Numbered from the stretch's first letter, positions 38,359 to 49,197 are shown. The stretch is 64,000 nucleotides of DNA from Silvibacterium sp. (GCA_049799415.1 JBARHV010000127.1:5031-69030), one strand, 5' to 3'. A program made the numbers and translations. The notes: generated by a model not told the origin, from the sequence alone.

Positions 38359-39866
38359 CCAAATCTGCCGAGCTTTACGCCTGTCTCTATGCAAAGGAGT
38401 TTCCCGTCCAGACATTGCTGCGTCTACGACCCGAGCTGCGTCACAATCCATGCGTCGTGATGGAAGGCGAGTTGCCTTTACAAGAGGTCTGTTCCCTCAC
38501 GCGAAAGGCGCGCAGTCTCGGGATGGCTTATGGAATGACACAAGTCGAAGTGGACACCTTCTCCGATGTCACCGTGCTGCAACGGACCCAAAAGGAAGAG
38601 GCCGCTACGAAGGAAGTGCTGCTCGAATGCGCGGGCGGCTTTTCGCCGCGCGTCGAGGACAACGGCCAGGACCGCTCCTTCCTGTGCGTGATCGACATTG
38701 CCGGAACGACAGGGTTGTTCGGTCCGCCGGAGACGCTGGCACGCAATCTTCTGACTCGCGTCCGAGCATTGGGCATCACTGCCTGCATCGCCGTGAGCGG
38801 TAATTTTCACGCGGCGGTCGCCGTTGCCAAGGCCCCATTACCGTTATCGGTGAGAGTCGTCCCCACAGGCGAGGAGAGCGCGGCGCTGGCGGCGTTGCCG
38901 CTCACCGTGCTCGATCTCAGTGAGAAGCAGGCTGAGACGTTTTCGTTATGGGGGATTCGCAACCTTGGAATGCTGGCCGCGTTACCGGAAAAAGAACTCA
39001 TCTCCCGTATGGGGCAATCCGGTAAGCAGCTTCGCCAGATGGCGCGCGGCGAGGCGTCGCACCTGTTCCAGCCTGTCGAATCAGCTTTCGTGCTCCAAGA
39101 GCGCATGGAGCTGGATTCGCCTGTAGAAGCTCTCGATGCGCTAATGTTCGTAACGAACCTGATGCTCGAACAGTTGATCCTCCGCGCCACGGCACGCGTG
39201 CTGGCGCTGGCATCCGTCACCATCGCGCTTACCCTGGAGGGCAGCACAATCCACACGCGCACAGTCCGGCCCGCGTTGCCGACCAACGACCGCCAGCTCT
39301 GGATCAAGCTGCTGCATCTTGACCTCGAAGCTCATCCGCCCCAATCTGCGATTCTGACGGTCGCGCTCTGTGCGGAGCCGGGAACCACCAGCCAGGTGCA
39401 GCTCGGGTTGTTCTCTCCACAGTTGCCGGAGCCATCCCGTCTCGACGTGACGCTGGCTCGCATCCGCGCCATCGTAGGCGACGAGAACGTGGGGCGCGCG
39501 ATCCTTATCGACACGCACCAGCTCGATGGATTCCGCATGGAGCCATTCACTATCTCCTCTGCGGAAGCCACTGAAGCACCTTCCGCTCCGCTGCGGCCTG
39601 CTATGCGGCGGCTGCGCCCTGCGGAGGCGGCATACGTCACACTTCAGGCTGAGCGACCCAAGGCATTCCTGTTTCGTGATCGGCGCTACTTCGTCGAGCG
39701 TGCTTATGGTCCCTGGCTCACAAGCGGCGAGTGGTGGAGTGCGACGCTCTGGGGATGCGAGCAATGGGACGTTGTGGCTCGCGCGCACGACGGCGCGACG
39801 TTCTGTGCTTGTCTCGTCCGTGATCTGCTGCGGCAGCAGTGGCAGATAGTGGCGCTATATGACTGA
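38355..39866 (+). CDS. imuB: Inactive Y-family polymerase ImuB
   Basis: FSPRVE, DIAGTTGLFG, WGIRNLG, QLGLF clamp motif, YGPW..SGEWW. Confidence 0.87.
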   Translation: MTKSAELYACLYAKEFPVQTLLRLRPELRHNPCVVMEGELPLQEVCSLTRKARSLGMAYGMTQVEVDTFSDVTVLQRTQKEEAATKEVLLECAGGFSPRVEDNGQDRSFLCVIDIAGTTGLFGPPETLARNLLTRVRALGITACIAVSGNFHAAVAVAKAPLPLSVRVVPTGEESAALAALPLTVLDLSEKQAETFSLWGIRNLGMLAALPEKELISRMGQSGKQLRQMARGEASHLFQPVESAFVLQERMELDSPVEALDALMFVTNLMLEQLILRATARVLALASVTIALTLEGSTIHTRTVRPALPTNDRQLWIKLLHLDLEAHPPQSAILTVALCAEPGTTSQVQLGLFSPQLPEPSRLDVTLARIRAIVGDENVGRAILIDTHQLDGFRMEPFTISSAEATEAPSAPLRPAMRRLRPAEAAYVTLQAERPKAFLFRDRRYFVERAYGPWLTSGEWWSATLWGCEQWDVVARAHDGATFCACLVRDLLRQQWQIVALYD

Positions 39867-42800
39867 ACAGTACGTCGAACTGCACGCCGCCAGCGCTTTC
39901 AGCTTTCTCCAGGCTGCCTCGCAGCCGGAGAGCTTGATCGAGCGCGCAGTCGAACTACAGATGGACGCGATGGCGCTCCTCGACCACAACGGGATCTATG
40001 GCTCGGCCCGCTTCCACACCAGCGCACAGCGCAATAGTATCCGCGCTCATATTGGTGCAGAGATTTCCGTATCCAGCTTTGAACCGCGACTGACGCCCCC
40101 GGCATGGTTGCCGCACCAACACAAGCGCGAACCGGCACGAATTCCTCTGCTTTGTGAGTCGCGCCAGGGCTACCAGAATCTCTGCCAGCTCATCACGCAG
40201 TTCAAGATGCGTGAAGCAATGAAGGGAGACGGCGCGGCGACCTTCGACGACCTTCAGCAATATGCCTCCGGCTTGGTTTGCCTCACTGGGGGAGACGAGG
40301 GGCCGTTGGCCGCAGCACTCGTGCGTGGCGGCGAAACCGCTGGCCGCGAGACCGTGGAGCAGCTTACGCGCATCTTCGGCCGCGAGAATGTCTACGTCGA
40401 GGTCCAGCGCCACCAGGAGCGCGAGGAAGAGTGGCGCAACCAGGCTGCGATTCGTATCGCACGCTCTCTGCGTCTGCCTCTGGTCGCAACGAATGGCGTC
40501 AGCTACGCGACCGCGTATGACCGCGAGGTGCAGGATCTCTTTACTGCCATTCGCAGCCACGTCGAATTGGACCAGGCCGGCCGGCTTCTCGCCATCAACA
40601 ATCAACGCCACCTCCGCACGGTGCGGGAGATGGCGGCGCTGTTCCGCGACGTGCCCGGAGCGGTTGAAAGCACCGTTAGCCTCTCGTCCCGGCTCGACTT
40701 CCAGCTCAGCGATCTCGGCTACGAATTTCCACGCTACCCGGTGCCTGACGGGGAGACGATGGACAGCTTTCTCCGCAAACGGGTTATGGAGGGTGTCGAG
40801 CGGCGTTATGGTCCCAAAAGCGACCGCCACCTGATGGGGAAAGCCAAGAAGCAGGTAGAGCGGGAGCTGACGTTGATTGCCAAGCTCGGCTTCGCCGGAT
40901 ACTTCTTGATCGTGTGGGACATCATCCGGTTCTGCAAACAGCACGATATTCTAGTGCAGGGTCGCGGGTCCGCGGCAAATTCCGTGGTGTGCTATTGCCT
41001 CGAAATCACAGCCATCGATCCGGTCGGAATGGATCTGCTCTTTGAGCGTTTCCTGTCGGAGAGCCGCAACGAATGGCCGGACATCGACCTCGACCTTCCC
41101 TCCGAAGAAAAGCGAGAGCAAGCCATCCAATATGTCTACCAGCGTTACGGCGAGCTCGGCGCGGCCATGTGCGCCAATGTCATCACCTATCGCGGCAAAT
41201 CCGCGGCCCGCGAAACAGGCAAGGCGATGGGCTTCAACGAGGACACCCTGGGTCGCCTGTCGAGTTTGGTGGGCCAGTGGGAGTGGCGCGGTAAGACAGA
41301 CACAATGGCGCACTCCTTTCATCATGCCGGATTCGACATCCAGCATCCGCGGATCGCCAAATACCTTGAGTTGTCGATGCGGATTCAGGACTTGCCCCGC
41401 CACCTCGGGCAGCACTCGGGCGGCATGGTCATCTGCCAGGGACAGTTGAATCGCGTTGTTCCGCTCGAACGTGCCTCGATGCCGGGTCGCACCGTCGTTC
41501 AATGGGACAAGGAAGACTGTGCCGATCTCGGCATCATCAAGGTGGATCTGCTGGGCCTGGGCATGATGGCGGTGCTCCATGATTGCCTGGAACTGATTCC
41601 CGAACACTACGGCGATAAAGTCGATCTGGCGCAGCTACCCGAGGACGATGAAATCTACCGCGTTCTTCAGAAAGCTGACACAGTTGGCATGTTTCAGATC
41701 GAGTCCAGAGCGCAGATGGCCTCGCTGCCGCGTAATTATCCGCGAAGATTTTACGATCTCGTTGTACAGGTGGCGATCATCCGACCCGGCCCCATTGTCG
41801 GGCAGATGATGCACCCCTACATGCGGCGGCGACAGGGAAAGGAAGCTGTCAGCTATCTACACCCTTCGCTCGAACCCGTGCTCAAGCGCACGCTCGGTGT
41901 TCCGCTCTTTCAAGAACAGTTGTTAAGGATGGCAATGGTCGTGGCAAACTTCACCGGCGCAGAGGCCGATGAACTGCGCCGTGCCGTTGGCATGCGACGC
42001 TCCTGGGAGCGGATGAAGAATCTCGAAGGCAAGCTACGTGCCGGGATGACCATCAATGGCATCGATCCGAAAACGCAGGACACGATAATCCAAAACATCA
42101 GCTCATTTGCGCTTTACGGTTTTCCCGAGAGCCACGCAGCGAGCTTTGCACTTATCGCCTACGCCTCGGCCTACTTCAAGGTGAAGTACCTTGCGGCATT
42201 CACCGCGGCAATTCTGAACAATCAGCCGATGGGGTTTTACAGTGCCGCAGTACTGATCAAAGACGCTCAGCGGCACGGCCTGCGCGTCAAACCCATCGAC
42301 GTTCAGGTCTCGGATTGGCCCTGCACAGTCGAGCGCGAGAGTGACGGAACGCTCTCCTTGCTGATCGGGCTCGGCTACGCAAAGAGCCTGACAAAGCAAT
42401 CCGCCGAGGCGCTAGTATCGTCACGCCGGTATGACGGGCCTTTCCGCTCGGCGGAGGACCTCGCCCAGCGTGTTCCGTCGCTGAACCGGCGAGAGCTGAC
42501 ACGACTCGCGCAGATTGGCGCCCTGAATCAGCTCGACGACATCGAGCATCGGCGCGATGCGCTCTGGCAGGTCGAGCGCGCCGGCAAGCTGGAGGGACCG
42601 CTGTTCCGGGACGGCGAATCGCTGCGCGAAGATTCCGACGCGCGTCCCTTGCAGCAGATGAATGTCGAAGAACGCTTGGTTGCCGACTATGCGGGAACCG
42701 GCCTCACGGTTGGCAAGCATCCGATGCACTACCGCAGGCCGGAATTGCGCCGCGGCAATATCCTGTCCGCTGAAGAACTGCGAACCCGCCGCGACGGAGA

Positions 42801-43074
42801 GTTTGTCCGCGTGGCCGGATGCATCATTGCGCGGCAAAGACCAGGCACGGCCAAGGGATTCATCTTCATTTCAATGGAGGACGAGACCGGCATCGCCAAC
42901 GTCATCGTGACGCCCGATCTCTACGATCGGGATCGCGTGATAGTGACACGCAGCAAGTTTCTTCTGGTGGAAGGCCCGCTCCAGAATCAGGACAACGTGA
43001 TCCACATTAAGGCAACCCGCCTGATCGCTCTGTCCGACTGCGCGCTCGAAGTGCGGTCGCATGATTTTCATTGA
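39859..43074 (+). CDS. dnaE2: Error-prone DNA polymerase DnaE2/ImuC
   Basis: YVELH..SAFSFL, GRGSAANS, PDIDLD, QRPGTAKG, C-terminal SHDFH signature. Confidence 0.96.
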   Translation: MTEQYVELHAASAFSFLQAASQPESLIERAVELQMDAMALLDHNGIYGSARFHTSAQRNSIRAHIGAEISVSSFEPRLTPPAWLPHQHKREPARIPLLCESRQGYQNLCQLITQFKMREAMKGDGAATFDDLQQYASGLVCLTGGDEGPLAAALVRGGETAGRETVEQLTRIFGRENVYVEVQRHQEREEEWRNQAAIRIARSLRLPLVATNGVSYATAYDREVQDLFTAIRSHVELDQAGRLLAINNQRHLRTVREMAALFRDVPGAVESTVSLSSRLDFQLSDLGYEFPRYPVPDGETMDSFLRKRVMEGVERRYGPKSDRHLMGKAKKQVERELTLIAKLGFAGYFLIVWDIIRFCKQHDILVQGRGSAANSVVCYCLEITAIDPVGMDLLFERFLSESRNEWPDIDLDLPSEEKREQAIQYVYQRYGELGAAMCANVITYRGKSAARETGKAMGFNEDTLGRLSSLVGQWEWRGKTDTMAHSFHHAGFDIQHPRIAKYLELSMRIQDLPRHLGQHSGGMVICQGQLNRVVPLERASMPGRTVVQWDKEDCADLGIIKVDLLGLGMMAVLHDCLELIPEHYGDKVDLAQLPEDDEIYRVLQKADTVGMFQIESRAQMASLPRNYPRRFYDLVVQVAIIRPGPIVGQMMHPYMRRRQGKEAVSYLHPSLEPVLKRTLGVPLFQEQLLRMAMVVANFTGAEADELRRAVGMRRSWERMKNLEGKLRAGMTINGIDPKTQDTIIQNISSFALYGFPESHAASFALIAYASAYFKVKYLAAFTAAILNNQPMGFYSAAVLIKDAQRHGLRVKPIDVQVSDWPCTVERESDGTLSLLIGLGYAKSLTKQSAEALVSSRRYDGPFRSAEDLAQRVPSLNRRELTRLAQIGALNQLDDIEHRRDALWQVERAGKLEGPLFRDGESLREDSDARPLQQMNVEERLVADYAGTGLTVGKHPMHYRRPELRRGNILSAEELRTRRDGEFVRVAGCIIARQRPGTAKGFIFISMEDETGIANVIVTPDLYDRDRVIVTRSKFLLVEGPLQNQDNVIHIKATRLIALSDCALEVRSHDFH

Positions 43075-43236
43075 GCACGTGCGGGAAGTATGGAAATACC
43101 CCTCGCTTTTCCTATACCTTCCGACATGCTGTCCGACGAGTGCGAGAATCATGGCTCTTGCGGGTGATATTCTTGTTGAGATGGAGATGGCGGATGAAAT
43201 GAGCAGAACTGACGCTAACTGAAATTACTGGTCTTC

Positions 43237-44634
43237 CTAATACTTGGTTCGAACATACTCCCCATATCGTCCATAGCATGGATAGCCCTGTCGATTTTTG
43301 TGCGCATTCAAAGTTCCGTCCATCGTTTTCCGATTAAACGTCTTTCCGCAAGCAGCGCATCGATAAACATAGGTAGGTCCGTGAAATGTCGTCCTCACTG
43401 CACGGTGCGTAATCGCTGTGCGAGGTACTGCAGTTGAGGGCGCAACAGTAATTGGTCCCGTGGAAGTTAATTCAACCGCATAGCGCGGCACGAAGGCCTG
43501 CGACGTTACAGTCGCTCCCTGAATCTTATCAACGCGGTAGGATCGGTACTCCCCTGAATCACTGCGTATGGCTCCCAACACGTAGTTTCCTTCAGCCGTC
43601 TGCCGCAGAGAATATGGTTCTATCCGGCGGACGCCGCCGTTGTAGGCGAGATCGACACACAAATAGTTCGCTGCTGCGAAGCGAACGGTCTCGAGATCAG
43701 AGCGCGAGCGCAGGGGAATATTCGTCGGCAATATACGTGTTCTGACGGGAACATCGCCAACTCCGCTTTGGATAAACCCTCGCTGCGGGATGAGTGCGCC
43801 GGACGTTATCCAGCGAAAAATCTCTGGTAAGGCATCCCAGAAATCGTTGACTGGTGGGAGAACCGGTAGCTGGTGCGACAGCATGTCCGACCACATCGCT
43901 TCAAGGGCAGGGCGATGCGGTTCCAAGCCCTTAAGCGTGGGAACCGGAATCACCTTATATGCGCATTTTTGTCGAAGGACATCAAGCAACACCGCTGCTG
44001 TTGGCCGACTGTCCGTGTGCCGATATAGGTTCACGACATCATAGAGGTCGCGTGGCCGGGTACGTTCACCAAGTGCGCGAAGCTTTTCCCCAAATGCTTC
44101 CTCATAGGCATAACAATTCGCCCAAATTCCTCCCTCGGGCCGGTCGCTGTAGGGATGAAAAACTTCCCGCCGAACGGAGGGGAGTACCAATCTCTCATCC
44201 GCAGTGAGATCAAGCTTAATTTTGGGCCAACCACCAGAAGTTGGCGAGACCGGGCCGCGGTAGGCGATCTTGCCTTGGCAGTTGGAACGGCCACGCAGAT
44301 TGTCGTAGATATCAAATTCGATCTGATCGGCGGGGAGAATCAAACCTGACTGGTCTGCAATCCACACGACGACCTCTTCGAGCACTCCTCGCAGAAATTC
44401 CGCGTCCAGATGACTTTCGTCGCGCAGGGTGAAGTCCAGGTCCTCAGAGAACCTGTAGGTCTCGAAATAGCATTTCTTGAGGCAGGTCCCTCCTTTGAAG
44501 GCCCAGTTTTCAGAGAGCTCCGCATGTGCGTTGATACCAGCGAGTATCCAGCCGAGCACGTAGTCCTTCTCGACAATGTTGGGCAATAGCGAGAACGACG
44601 ATGCGGTTTCGAGGATTTCGCGTCTGTCAATCAT
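43237..44634 (-). CDS. AbiEii-family nucleotidyltransferase toxin fused to a WYL-like domain and zinc ribbon
   Basis: EKDY, FKGGT, RFSEDLDF, RPRDLYD; then Y...RRIEPYSL...RSYRVDKI (WYL-like) and CAAC...H...C. Confidence 0.85.
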   Translation of the reverse strand: MIDRREILETASSFSLLPNIVEKDYVLGWILAGINAHAELSENWAFKGGTCLKKCYFETYRFSEDLDFTLRDESHLDAEFLRGVLEEVVVWIADQSGLILPADQIEFDIYDNLRGRSNCQGKIAYRGPVSPTSGGWPKIKLDLTADERLVLPSVRREVFHPYSDRPEGGIWANCYAYEEAFGEKLRALGERTRPRDLYDVVNLYRHTDSRPTAAVLLDVLRQKCAYKVIPVPTLKGLEPHRPALEAMWSDMLSHQLPVLPPVNDFWDALPEIFRWITSGALIPQRGFIQSGVGDVPVRTRILPTNIPLRSRSDLETVRFAAANYLCVDLAYNGGVRRIEPYSLRQTAEGNYVLGAIRSDSGEYRSYRVDKIQGATVTSQAFVPRYAVELTSTGPITVAPSTAVPRTAITHRAVRTTFHGPTYVYRCAACGKTFNRKTMDGTLNAHKNRQGYPCYGRYGEYVRTKY

Positions 44635-45455
44635 GAAGCGCTATATCTCCAGCCCAACGGAACCCAAAGGCGCCAGGAAGTAACGAGTCTCTTTGATGGC
44701 AGCGAAGGATCGAGTTGGGCGTAACCGTGCGTCAAGCGCGCTCGGCACTCTTCTGCGAGCTTCTGATCGTGCAACTGCGTATCTGCTAGGAATCCCAATC
44801 GCTTGAAGACAGCCCCATTTTTGAATTCCTTCGCATAGCGGACCAACAGAGCACGATCTGCAGTCTTTGTACCTAGATAAGTCTTGAGGCAGTCTGCCGA
44901 GTGATCGATGCCTCCTCCCATCTCCGGCGCGGCAATCATATCAACCAGCGTACGTGCCGGGTCCGAGACGAAAACCCTGGTAGGGCCTCGCCAAATTGTC
45001 TTTAAGCCGAAGAGACGCTTTGTTGGGATGTGGTGGAGCCGGAAAGTGGCGCCCTGAGCGGTTACCCAGTGGTTGGTAACGCGACGTGTGGTAAAGACCA
45101 GAGTTTCATTGAAGAGCTGCTCGGTAAGGTCCCAATGATGAGCAGCAGTCCATCCGCCTATATAGCATTCATCGAAGAGCACAGGAACAAGCACCCAGGG
45201 ATCTGCAACGATCTGTTCGCTCCCGGCGAGTTCCAAAGGCACGGAAACATAGAGTCCGTGTCCTATCCGCCGAAGCCAGCCCTGTTGCATCCATCGCGAC
45301 AGAATTTTTGCGGCGGCGCTCCGTGTAATCCCAAGTACTTGCGAGGTAATGTCAACCGACACAACTTCTTTGGTAGCGCGAAGCACCGTTGCAAGACGTG
45401 CCCGGGAGGCAGGCAGCGAATTCTCGGCGTTATTCATTGCTATATTGTATAGCAC
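44631..45455 (-). CDS. AbiEi-family antitoxin/transcriptional regulator
   Basis: Winged helix (GWLRRIGHGLY), YIGGWTAAHHW, VSDPARTLVD, KRLGFL; ATGA overlap with the toxin; start may be slightly later. Confidence 0.85.
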   Translation of the reverse strand: MLYNIAMNNAENSLPASRARLATVLRATKEVVSVDITSQVLGITRSAAAKILSRWMQQGWLRRIGHGLYVSVPLELAGSEQIVADPWVLVPVLFDECYIGGWTAAHHWDLTEQLFNETLVFTTRRVTNHWVTAQGATFRLHHIPTKRLFGLKTIWRGPTRVFVSDPARTLVDMIAAPEMGGGIDHSADCLKTYLGTKTADRALLVRYAKEFKNGAVFKRLGFLADTQLHDQKLAEECRARLTHGYAQLDPSLPSKRLVTSWRLWVPLGWRYSAS

Positions 45456-45698
45456 AAAATTCCCGTTTTATGGGAATTTAACGAGTAAATATATAGTTAC
45501 GCCACGGGGTCGATTGAAAAGCAACCTCATCCGGGAGGAAATCAGAGGAAAAGACTCCTTTGGCGCGCCAATCGCTATGCCTAGGAACCGTCCGGGCAAG
45601 AGCAACTGCGAGATGCTGGTCAGAATTACTTGTTGCAAGGCGCAGATCACCGCATATACTGCTTTGCAACAACTAATTAGCCATTTTAGGAGTGGATA

Positions 45699-45872
45699 AT
45701 GAAAGACAAGAAGGACTTCTTCAACGGCATTGCCAGCAAACTTTCGATCCTCATGGGTGCGGCAGCGCTCGTAACCACGGCCCAGGCTACCTCGTTGCCA
45801 CTTTCTACTCCATCTGCCGAATCGAATGGCGTCATGATGCGGGCTCTTCGGTTTGCGGATTATGGACGTTGA
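45699..45872 (+). CDS. 57-aa ORF with a signal peptide, possibly a truncated gene
   Basis: AGGAG ribosome-binding site; MKDKKDFFNGIASKLSILMGAAALVTTAQA; shorter than the ORF-track cutoff. Confidence 0.4.
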   Translation: MKDKKDFFNGIASKLSILMGAAALVTTAQATSLPLSTPSAESNGVMMRALRFADYGR

Positions 45873-46061
45873 TGGCTCTAACTGGGACCTTACCCCGCTT
45901 AAACCTCCTCCCACCGATTATGATCTTAAATTCAACGTGAGGTTTCCGTCTGTCCTGCAGATTGCCACCTTTGCTGTTGCTCTCATTTTGACAATCTTCT
46001 TCGTGTGGAGATGGCATGGCTGAAACTGACGGATATGCAGTAGCAAAAGGATGGCCCAGTT

Positions 46062-48764
46062 CTAGTTTTGCGGTTTCGTCGTTCCACAGTGCTTTATGAC
46101 ATCGTCGGCTGGTTTCTTTTGTGCTTCGGGAGTTGAGGCGTCTGCCCATGCCGCCAGAGCGACCGCGCAGGCATTTTGGTCCTTCCATTGGCTTTGGATT
46201 GCGGCCTGATCCCCCCTGGTTAGGCGCCAATTCAGAGTGGTGTTTCCAGGACTCGTCGGCCAACAACAACTCGCGCGTTTGCCCGGGAACGAGAATGCAA
46301 CGGTTCGAAGATCGATGCCAGGGAGGGCCGACTGGAGGGCGCTTAGCTCACGCTGGTTCCGCATAGTCTCGGACACGTGCCACGAATTGTAAACCGTTGT
46401 TACGGGCGCCAAAAGCTGACTGATCTCTCGCTTCTTGGAGAGGCTGTCTTCAAACGCAGCAGGCGCTTCATTTCTCTCGGATGGAAGAGGGCTATCACGG
46501 ATCTGGATCAGCAGAACGCGCTTCTTCGGAGTCTTGGGATCGCAGGGCTGGGCATTCTCGCCGAATGCAAGCCAAAGAAATTCGATCGCGCTTGCGACGC
46601 CGTCATTGTCGTAGTAGCCTCCGTCAGCAAGATGGAAAGTCCCACAAAACCGCCTTTTCGGACAGAGTCCGTCGATGTTCGCGCGAGCAACAGGCGAGAC
46701 GAATGGAAAGTTCGCAGACAGTCTGGCTGCAGTTGATACCTTCAGATCCTTGTCCGAATATTGACGGAAGAAAGAGAGGGCTGAATGCCAGGGTAGAACT
46801 GCGAGTGGAATGCCGACTGGCGGTTTCTGCTGAGTTGGGACATAGTTCGAGAGCAGAAAGCGTTCTCCCGTCTCGACAACAGTCGCGTTGAGGGAGAAGG
46901 CTGGTATATGCGCCACCTTGTCGTCAGCAGAGCTTGCAAACTGTGGCTTTAGCTCCCCGAGGGTTCTGCTCGCGTTCCAGCGTTCGTCGATCTCTTCGTC
47001 GTCTACTGTTTGTCCCTTTCGTGGAGGGTGATTTGTCATGTAGAGATTTGCTAGGTTCGCCTGCTCAAGGAACCACGCCCTGTCGTGATTGAATCTCCCA
47101 AAGGGAAGAATCATCCTCCACAGATCGGTGTGGAGCAGGCCCCAGGCGACTGCCTCCAAGGCAGGTTGATTCGCTGCTTCATGTAGCGGCAACTGGCCGT
47201 CTGACGGTGATTGATCCCCAAACTCAGCATGATTGGCAATCCAGTTCCCGACAGCTACGCTTCCTCCCGAGGCGGAGCTCATGAGGAGAATTCTGTCCTC
47301 GATAGGACGATCGCTGTCCTGGTGGGCGAAAGCACTCTCCAGACCGTCAAGAACGGTGGCAGTCCAGTACGCCGCATGAATTCCTCCACCGGTCGCCGTC
47401 ACCACGATCATCGGACCATCGCCGTTTGCTTGCTTTCCCCTCTCTAGGATAAAAGTATCCGCTAGTTTCCTCGGACCTAGGCTATCGGCCTGCAGCTGGA
47501 CAGCAGGCGTTGTCGTTTCGTATACGTGATCGGTGGGGAACTCTCGCTTATAGCTGTAAAGCAATGCCATCAGCAGAATTGCTGCAGGTACTCGGAAACG
47601 ATCGAGAAAAAAGGCAAGACCGGCAAGAATTGACCCTCCCAGCATCAGTAGTGCGACGATGGTCGCGATTGCTGGATAGTGAGGGGCACGGGCTATGAAA
47701 ACCCAAACAGATCCGAACGCAATCGAACTGATCAGGTAAATGCCTCCCCGGTGTGGCGTCTCATTTCGGACTTTGAGATAGAGGACGAGCAGCGTTATCG
47801 CTGTCACAAAGGCAACGAAGCCGACCCACGTACCACCGAGATGTCTGCCGAGCCATCGATGGGAGAAGTCGCTCCAACTGAGCAACCACTTTATACCGCT
47901 GACAGCGCCGCGAACATTGGCGCAATTTCTGTCCAAGCCGGGCAGTGGAAAGCTGATGTAAGCGATTAGAAAATACAGTAGCAACAGCCCGAACAAAACC
48001 GCTCCTGCCAGAGAATGGCCCGAACCGAGATTCTTTCCGTCGAAGGAGCGATAGCCCCTGCCTAACGTTCGCGCAAGAGCCGTACCGAAAAATTTATGCC
48101 CTTCATTCGGCGACTCCTGCTCTTTTGCACCCTCCATTACCTTCCTTGCAAGACCGGAGAAGCGATTCTCGCCGCCAGGGCTATACGGCAGAGTGAACTC
48201 CCATATCTCCTCGCCTTTCGCAGTCCTGGCATGCAATAGGTAGTAGACCCACGAAATGACGAACCAGATGATTGCCGCAAATAGGACACCGGTGAGTATG
48301 CCCAGCACGATCTCGACGCGCGGAATCGTAAAAATCTTCGCCACCGTGGAAGGTCCGTTCCCATCTCCGGCGTCACACAAGGAGAGCCAAACAATATAAA
48401 GCAGAAGCAGCAACCCGGGGAGCTGTGCCCAGACCAGAACGCGAAAGCGCATGGTTCCTGGCTCAATCGTTAGAGATAGCGGCGACGTAACACCAAATCT
48501 CGCCTTCCCGTAGACGATGACGATACGAGCAAGCAGCATCGCAGACCAACCAAGGAGCACGATTGCCGAGGCTGCATACATCGCCTGCCATCCATCACTC
48601 ATGGTCAGGAGAACTCGCGTAACGGGAGTAGAGACATTCCAGGCGTCCAGCACAACCAGCAGTGGTAATACTAGCCACATCAGCAAACTGAACCGCAGAA
48701 AGTAGAGGTAGGACAACCACGGCAGAGAATTTGCGCGAATCCAGACAATACACCGAGTGATCAT
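46062..48764 (-). CDS. Multi-TM membrane protein with C-terminal patatin-like phospholipase domain
   Basis: Many TM segments, then ATGGGIHAA, SSASGGS, SANFPFVSP, ADGGYYDN. Confidence 0.8.
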   Translation of the reverse strand: MITRCIVWIRANSLPWLSYLYFLRFSLLMWLVLPLLVVLDAWNVSTPVTRVLLTMSDGWQAMYAASAIVLLGWSAMLLARIVIVYGKARFGVTSPLSLTIEPGTMRFRVLVWAQLPGLLLLLYIVWLSLCDAGDGNGPSTVAKIFTIPRVEIVLGILTGVLFAAIIWFVISWVYYLLHARTAKGEEIWEFTLPYSPGGENRFSGLARKVMEGAKEQESPNEGHKFFGTALARTLGRGYRSFDGKNLGSGHSLAGAVLFGLLLLYFLIAYISFPLPGLDRNCANVRGAVSGIKWLLSWSDFSHRWLGRHLGGTWVGFVAFVTAITLLVLYLKVRNETPHRGGIYLISSIAFGSVWVFIARAPHYPAIATIVALLMLGGSILAGLAFFLDRFRVPAAILLMALLYSYKREFPTDHVYETTTPAVQLQADSLGPRKLADTFILERGKQANGDGPMIVVTATGGGIHAAYWTATVLDGLESAFAHQDSDRPIEDRILLMSSASGGSVAVGNWIANHAEFGDQSPSDGQLPLHEAANQPALEAVAWGLLHTDLWRMILPFGRFNHDRAWFLEQANLANLYMTNHPPRKGQTVDDEEIDERWNASRTLGELKPQFASSADDKVAHIPAFSLNATVVETGERFLLSNYVPTQQKPPVGIPLAVLPWHSALSFFRQYSDKDLKVSTAARLSANFPFVSPVARANIDGLCPKRRFCGTFHLADGGYYDNDGVASAIEFLWLAFGENAQPCDPKTPKKRVLLIQIRDSPLPSERNEAPAAFEDSLSKKREISQLLAPVTTVYNSWHVSETMRNQRELSALQSALPGIDLRTVAFSFPGKRASCCWPTSPGNTTLNWRLTRGDQAAIQSQWKDQNACAVALAAWADASTPEAQKKPADDVIKHCGTTKPQN

Positions 48765-49197
48765 CTGAAGTAGTCCCTCCGTGCTGACGATCTAACCACA
48801 GTTTTTGACTTTGGGGGATGGCGTTATCATAGCGCGGTTTCGCTTTGCTCATCCTGCCAAGTTGTGCCTTTCTTCGGCCGGAAGCGCCTCTTCCAGGCAA
48901 GACTAAAGAACAGCCACAACAGCGTGTCCGCAGCCTGGTACCGAGACTGGACTCGGGGGAGCAACCAACCGACTTAAAAGAACAGACACACGCGCAATTC
49001 ATTATGGCCAGGAGAGCCAGTCTCCGTCCAAAGGCCGAATACATTTGCGTAGACTTGTCTTCTCGCCCAACCCTCCCCTTGCAGTCGCGAGGCGGACCAT
49101 ACATTTCCGGTAGTAATCATTGGTCAATGAGCGCATTGGCGATTTCTCGCCAACTGACCAGGTGAATTGGGAAACTGAACGCTAGCAACTTAAACCG

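Noticed and set aside
48780..49190. Short ORFs between the patatin and phosphoesterase genes
   Set aside because: No motifs or ribosome-binding sites; probably intergenic or decayed DNA.
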